A DNA stretch of 64,000 nucleotides from the NCBI GenBank assembly GCA_039918315.1, contig JBDSHT010000010.1, positions 8,355 to 72,354 on the forward strand, given 5' to 3'. Below, in pieces: positions 58,894 to 64,000 of this stretch; positions within the stretch are counted from its first letter, which is position 1; every line of letters begins with the position of its first letter. Under the pieces are notes generated by a model, which saw nothing but the letters and a program-made list of their open reading frames with translations, was not told the DNA's origin and did not search any database. A program made the position numbers and the translations under genes. This stretch comes from Ginsengibacter sp. (lineage in GTDB: Bacteria > Bacteroidota > Bacteroidia > Chitinophagales > Chitinophagaceae).

Positions 58894-60035
58894 ATTTCTT
58901 CTTTTGCTAAGGCTGATTTTATTTTATTCGTATGCTCACCTAATTTGGGAGCCGGTTTATCAGATAAAAAATATTGTTTATCAAATCGTATCGGACATCG
59001 GGTTGTTGTTATCTTTTTATTACCTGATAAAAATTGCTGTTCTATATTCAATGCCTTATATGTCGAAGATTGCATTAGTTCTTTCCAGTTTAAAACAGGC
59101 ATTACCCATAAATCATACTTATGCATTTTTTCTAACCAACCATTTGTGGTGTCAGTTACAAAACATGCTGAAAGGATGCTCTTGATCTCATCTCTTTTCT
59201 CAAATGTTTCTTTTTCGGTAAATTTTTCCAACTCATCACATTGAACAACAACATTCAGTTTTTCAAGTGGCATCATCGCTATTGCAATATAACTGTCGGC
59301 CGTTCGGTAAATGCCGTAGGGGGCACTTAATAATGAATGAGCGTTGCTTACTGCAGACCGCTGAGGCTGCTGATAAGTTTGAAAATATGTGGTAAAAAAC
59401 TCAAACTGAAAGTCTATTGAGGATTCTAACATACTTAATTCCATTAAAGCACCTTCCCCGGATTTATGGCGACGAATGAGACCAGCAATTATAGCCTGTA
59501 CCGCCTGATTGCCACACAAATAATCTTCTATGGCCAGACCAAACGGCATGGGATTATCTGCTTTGTTTCCTGTAGAATATGCAAGACCTGAAATAGATTG
59601 AACTAATAAATCCTGTCCGGGTTTATTCTTCCAAGGACCTTTCTTTCCGTATCCGGATATTTCCGTATAAATGATTTTTGGGTTTATCTTTTTAACAGAT
59701 TGATAATCCAAGCCCAATGCCTCCATCACTCCAGGACGAAAATTATGGGTCATCACATCCGCTTTCTTAATCAATTGTTTCACGAATATCAAATCATCCG
59801 CATTTTTCAGATCGGCCGTAACACTTTCTTTATTTCTGTTAATGGTATGGAACAATAGTGAACTCTCATCAACCCACAAATTTCCTATAGCTAATTGGCG
59901 ACCTGAATCTCCTTTTATCGGCCGTTCAATTTTAATAACACGCGCTCCCATATCCGCTAAGCGTAAGCCGGCACAAGGGCCTGATAAATATTGGCAAAAC
60001 TCTAAAACCGTCACTCCTTTTAATGGTAGTTTCAT
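58890..60035 (-). CDS. Class III CoA-transferase (CaiB/BaiF), paralogue
   Basis: Same motif set, IEDYLCG; 4-bp overlap with the downstream gene. Confidence 0.92.
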   Translation of the reverse strand: MKLPLKGVTVLEFCQYLSGPCAGLRLADMGARVIKIERPIKGDSGRQLAIGNLWVDESSLLFHTINRNKESVTADLKNADDLIFVKQLIKKADVMTHNFRPGVMEALGLDYQSVKKINPKIIYTEISGYGKKGPWKNKPGQDLLVQSISGLAYSTGNKADNPMPFGLAIEDYLCGNQAVQAIIAGLIRRHKSGEGALMELSMLESSIDFQFEFFTTYFQTYQQPQRSAVSNAHSLLSAPYGIYRTADSYIAIAMMPLEKLNVVVQCDELEKFTEKETFEKRDEIKSILSACFVTDTTNGWLEKMHKYDLWVMPVLNWKELMQSSTYKALNIEQQFLSGNKKITTTRCPIRFDKQYFLSDKPAPKLGEHTNKIKSALAKEEI

Positions 60036-60050
60036 ATAATTTACAAATTT

Positions 60051-61196
60051 TTATGCTTTGCTGCTTTTTTGGTAAAGTTTATTCATTTCTTGCAATACCT
60101 TTTCCGGATTTCCTCCCTGTAATAAATATTCTTGTAACAATATGCCGGCATGATCCTGAAAGTATAGATATCCATTATATCTTGGCCGCACATACGACCC
60201 GTCCAAAGTAGCAAGTGTATTGATAAAAAAGTTGTTACAAATCCTATTCGCTTCTTCATTTATCCAGGCTGAACGATGCCCGGGTTGACCACCAGATTGC
60301 ACATATAAAGTAGATTGTATATCTGGAGATACAACCCATTGCGCAAATTCAATAGCCCATTTTTGATGTTTAGCAAATGTAGAAACAGCCAGGCCAGTAC
60401 CGCCAAGCGTGCTTATCAAAGGCGTACCATTATCGAATACTACAAGATCGGTATAGGTGAGCTGATGCTTTGAAAATCCACTGCGGGAATAATTAGAATA
60501 GCCGAAAGCAAATGGACAATACCAGTAATCATCTGTTACCGTCATAAGTTCGGCAATCGCAATGGGATTACAGTTAAACATTTTTTTATCTACTAAACTC
60601 CATAATTCCTTCATAACATGCAGAACTTCAAATCCTATTTCGCGGTCAATCACTTTTTTATCTAAAAAAAGTTCTCCATTGTAAGCCAGACAAAACATAT
60701 AAAAATGCATCAACAGATCAACCGGTATGGATGGCACCGCCAGTTTTCCTTTTTTCCCCAAAGCAATTACGTCCTGAAATGTTTCGGGAATAGGCTGGCC
60801 ATCCTTTTCGAATAAGTCTGCACGATAACTGGCTACCGGAGTGGCTGCATCTATTGCTAATGCCCATAGATGCCCCTCATAATAATAGCTTGAATAAGAA
60901 GAACCCACGGAATTATCCAATTGATCTTTTAAATACGCTTTAGAGAAATATTCATCCAGAGGCAATACACATTTAGTAGCTGCTGCGCAACCCACCCACG
61001 GATGATCAATGATAAGCAAATCATATTTTGTGGCTAATTTTTCAACGGGATAATCCGCAAATTCCTGAAGGGTGCGTTTTTTCCAATTTATTTCTATTTC
61101 CGGATTCAATTCCGAAAACCTTTGCGAAGCGGCTAACAATGGTGTAATGCCTCGGCTGTGGCTCCATGTTATCCCGTTCAATACAATCTTATCCAT
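60051..61196 (-). CDS. Solute-binding-protein fold (family 1-like) without signal peptide
   Basis: YDLLIIDHP, LAIDAA..YRADL, LGGTGLAVS; N-terminus MDKIVLNGITWSHSRG has no hydrophobic leader. Confidence 0.72.
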   Translation of the reverse strand: MDKIVLNGITWSHSRGITPLLAASQRFSELNPEIEINWKKRTLQEFADYPVEKLATKYDLLIIDHPWVGCAAATKCVLPLDEYFSKAYLKDQLDNSVGSSYSSYYYEGHLWALAIDAATPVASYRADLFEKDGQPIPETFQDVIALGKKGKLAVPSIPVDLLMHFYMFCLAYNGELFLDKKVIDREIGFEVLHVMKELWSLVDKKMFNCNPIAIAELMTVTDDYWYCPFAFGYSNYSRSGFSKHQLTYTDLVVFDNGTPLISTLGGTGLAVSTFAKHQKWAIEFAQWVVSPDIQSTLYVQSGGQPGHRSAWINEEANRICNNFFINTLATLDGSYVRPRYNGYLYFQDHAGILLQEYLLQGGNPEKVLQEMNKLYQKSSKA

Positions 61197-61209
61197 CTTG
61201 ACAATTTTA

Positions 61210-61650
61210 TTAATTGATTTTCTCTACCAATAAGATATGCTCGCATATCATTACTAATACATTTTGCTGATTGAAAACTTCTACTGATTCTGTGACCAAT
61301 CCGTGAGTCGGTCTTTTATGATCTTTCTTCTCTTTAATCGTAATTTTTACCTTTATAGTGTCCCCAATAAAAACAGGTTTTAAAAAACGTAAATGTTCAT
61401 AGCCGTAAGTCATAGCTATCTCATTAATCTCATTTGCAGTCATGCCGATAGCCATACTGAAAATGAGTGTCCCATGCGCCATACGTTGTTTGAAAGGTTG
61501 TGTTTTACACCATTCTGCATCCATGTGATGCGGAAAAAAATCTCCTGTTTGACCTGCATGAATTACGATATCTGTTTCCGTTATTGTGCGGCCCATTGTT
61601 TGTCGCGCATCATTTAAATTGTATTCTTCAAAATATACTTTTTTGAACAT
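61210..61650 (-). CDS. MaoC-like (hot-dog) dehydratase
   Basis: GRTITETD....[24 protein letters not shown]. Confidence 0.9.
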   Translation of the reverse strand: MFKKVYFEEYNLNDARQTMGRTITETDIVIHAGQTGDFFPHHMDAEWCKTQPFKQRMAHGTLIFSMAIGMTANEINEIAMTYGYEHLRFLKPVFIGDTIKVKITIKEKKDHKRPTHGLVTESVEVFNQQNVLVMICEHILLVEKIN

Positions 61651-61719
61651 GCCGGATTAAGAATTGATTTTATAACGAAAGAGAATTTTGAAGTTAATGG
61701 TTAGTTTATTTTTATTGAA

Positions 61720-62049
61720 TTAATCATAAATAAAGACCTCTTCCATGGAGGCCCACCATTCACCATCTTTACGTGTAGGTAATGGTTCCTGGCAAGGTTT
61801 GCAAACATCCCACCATTGCTGAGTTATAGGATCCGCAGCCATTTTTTCCATATCGGCCTTGTAGTCTGCGCCGGTATATTCAAAATAACTGAAAAGAAAG
61901 CCGTCCTTAAAGTAAATGGAATAATTAACGATGTGACATTTGCTAATCATCTCTAATACACCCGGCCACACAGCAGCATGCAATTCTTTATATTCGGTTA
62001 ATTTTTCAGGTTTTATTTTTATAACTGAACCATAGCGTTGTTTTTGCAT
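61720..62049 (-). CDS. L-rhamnose/L-fucose mutarotase family
   Basis: EYKELHAAVWP, NYSIY, LFSYFEY, WW, MEEVF. Confidence 0.88.
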   Translation of the reverse strand: MQKQRYGSVIKIKPEKLTEYKELHAAVWPGVLEMISKCHIVNYSIYFKDGFLFSYFEYTGADYKADMEKMAADPITQQWWDVCKPCQEPLPTRKDGEWWASMEEVFIYD

Positions 62050-62540
62050 AATGAACTTTTATGAAGTATTAATTTTTTAATTGAATTTATATATTTCTAA
62101 TCCCGATAAGTGTCTCGTTAAATTTAATAAGTAACCTCCTCGTATTTTTTATCATCAAAGATGACAAGCTTTTAAGAACCGAATAGTTTCAACATTAGTT
62201 TCAGTTTCTTAGCGTATTGTCACAATTTGTTGTGAACGGGCAGGAATAAGGTATTTATTTTTACCTGATAAATTCTTATCTCCTTCTCCCAAAAAATTTG
62301 GGAGCCTACATTTGTTTAATTATAATGATTATAATCTAATAGCACTCTCGGAACTGCTTGTTATAACTTTTAAGTCTAAATTAAGAATTCGTTATTGTTC
62401 TGTATTCGGTGATTTATGTTTTAAACCTAATAAGCCAATACTCAAATTTACGGGGATCAAATGCTAATTATATGATCAAAACTATCTGATTTATACATTT
62501 TTTTACCCTTAAGTTAAGGGTGATTATTTTTAGAAATTCA

Positions 62541-62995
62541 TTAACTCAGTTTCATGAAAGTTGAGTAATAAGAAGATCCAAAAAATACCAACCGCCCCAC
62601 CACTTTTTGCATGCTGTGAATATCAGGTCTTGGAAGTGGATCTGTTCCGGGATCGGTAGTATCAATCAAGGCATACCTCTCTCGAATCAATTGTGCAAAA
62701 AAATTTAATTGCCCTACTGTTCTTTTTCGTTCTCCGATCAATCTTGCCAAAGACAAACCACTTTCTTCAATTGCGCTGGTAATAAATAGGCTATCTAAAG
62801 CTAAAATTTTTTCTACAATCACTTCCAAAAAATATGCTTTTCTTTGCCTTTATTACTGCGGTATTGCTGAAAGATCTCATTACTTTTTCAATAGATTCAT
62901 TTATTTTGTTTTTGAGAAACCTCATGAAATAAAGGCATTAGTTTTCTCCCGTTGCAGGATTCACTTCATAGAATATTGCCGATATTTTTTTTCAT
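62541..62995 (-). pseudogene. Disrupted 2-oxoglutarate-semialdehyde-dehydrogenase-like ALDH
   Basis: VNPATGE then stops and frameshifts; ESGL..ARLIGERKRTVGQL..FA and PLPRPDI; truncated before the catalytic Cys region. Confidence 0.8.
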
Positions 62996-63012
62996 ATGAG
63001 TTCCTTATCATT

Positions 63013-63849
63013 TTATTTAACGGTGTTAATAAGTATGCCAATATGCTGAATCGTGATACGGATTTCATCATCTTTCTGAAGCGTAAAATCGCCAGAAGGT
63101 ACAATACCCGTTCCTGTCATCACCAGACAACCATGAGGAAAAGAAGTCTCTCTATATAGATAGGATACCAGGTCCTGAAATTTCCGTTTGATTTGATTGA
63201 TTGCTACCTGTCCTTCAAACATTATCTTTTGATCTCGAAGTATTTGCATTTGAATAAGCGTATCTGACGGAAGAGGTTGTTCTGTTACATAAATACAAGG
63301 GCCAACAGATGCGCTAGCATCATAAGTCTTGGCTTGTGGCAGGTACAAGGGATTCTCGCCTTCGATACTTCTTGAGCTCATATCATTACCTATCGTATAA
63401 CCTATAATTTTTCCAGAAGTGGTAACCGCTAAGGTAAGCTCAGGCTCGGGAACATCCCAATTAGAATCTTTCCGAATATTGACTTTTTGGCCATGACCTA
63501 CAGCACGGTATGCACTGGATTTAAAGAATATTTCAGGTCGGTCAGCTTCGTAAACGCGGGCATAAAAATCACTACCTCCTGCGTTTTTAGATTCCTCCTG
63601 CCTGCCGACTTTGCTTCGAAGATAAGTAACACCGCAGGCCCAAATTTCCTGGCTCTGAACGGGCGCTTCTATCTGAGATACGATAAAGTTTTCCGCTTCA
63701 GGATTTGGGCTTAAATCTTTCGTTGCTTTTTCCATTTTCGAATACAATTGGTCATCATTTATATAAATATCCCAATCCTGTCCTTCTATAAGAAAATAAG
63801 TATCTTCTTTCTCTATAACTATTCCTTTTTTTGTTTTGTACAATTTCAT
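63013..63849 (-). CDS. FAH-family 2-keto-3-deoxy-pentonate dehydratase-like protein
   Basis: QEIWACGVTYLRS, RPEIFFK, PEPEL, GNDMSSRSIEGENPLYLPQAK, MTGTG. Confidence 0.82.
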   Translation of the reverse strand: MKLYKTKKGIVIEKEDTYFLIEGQDWDIYINDDQLYSKMEKATKDLSPNPEAENFIVSQIEAPVQSQEIWACGVTYLRSKVGRQEESKNAGGSDFYARVYEADRPEIFFKSSAYRAVGHGQKVNIRKDSNWDVPEPELTLAVTTSGKIIGYTIGNDMSSRSIEGENPLYLPQAKTYDASASVGPCIYVTEQPLPSDTLIQMQILRDQKIMFEGQVAINQIKRKFQDLVSYLYRETSFPHGCLVMTGTGIVPSGDFTLQKDDEIRITIQHIGILINTVK

Positions 63850-64000
63850 TGTATAATGTTTTATTAGTTAAAAAATAATAACAATTGATGTAGGTGTAAA
63901 TATTGGCTCTCACAAATACCTGGCAAAAGCTTAAAATTGAATCTATGTTTCTTCATAATTGAAAATCCAAATTTAGAGGTATCAAGTGCTATTTATGTTA

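Noticed and set aside
1-64000. CRISPR array, IS element, rRNA, defence system; many short antisense ORFs
   Set aside because: No spaced repeats, transposase or nuclease motifs seen; the short ORFs are shadows of longer genes

Overview
AT-rich Bacteroidota-type DNA (SusC/SusD pair, TAnnTTTG promoters, Bacteroidota-type mob genes). 1-3914 holds three secreted carbohydrate-related genes. 4011-8191 is the decayed edge of a mobilisable island: 3' half of a tRNA(CAT) as att site, truncated integrase, relaxase, mobC, oriT-like repeat, primase remnant, ssb and a multi-branched palindrome. About 12.5-48 kb is a large SusC/D locus apparently under one FadR/GntR regulator (three ATGTAnTACAT operators). 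It encodes four Asp-box sialidase-like proteins, a GH156-like sialidase, SGNH esterases, three NanA/DapA-family aldolases (one secreted and fused to a Kelch propeller), four amide hydrolases, two PLP enzymes plus RidA, several oxidoreductases, a lactonase, and a kinase next to an enolase with an altered active site. No nanE/nanK/nagA/nagB is present in the window. My leading inference is an undescribed catabolic route for non-canonical nonulosonic acids, for example bacterial 9-deoxy di-N-acyl types. 54-64 kb is a second candidate pathway: deoxy-sugar uptake and oxidation with two class III CoA-transferases, two MaoC dehydratases and a signal-less solute-binding-fold protein. All family calls come from motif recognition by eye; no searches were run.
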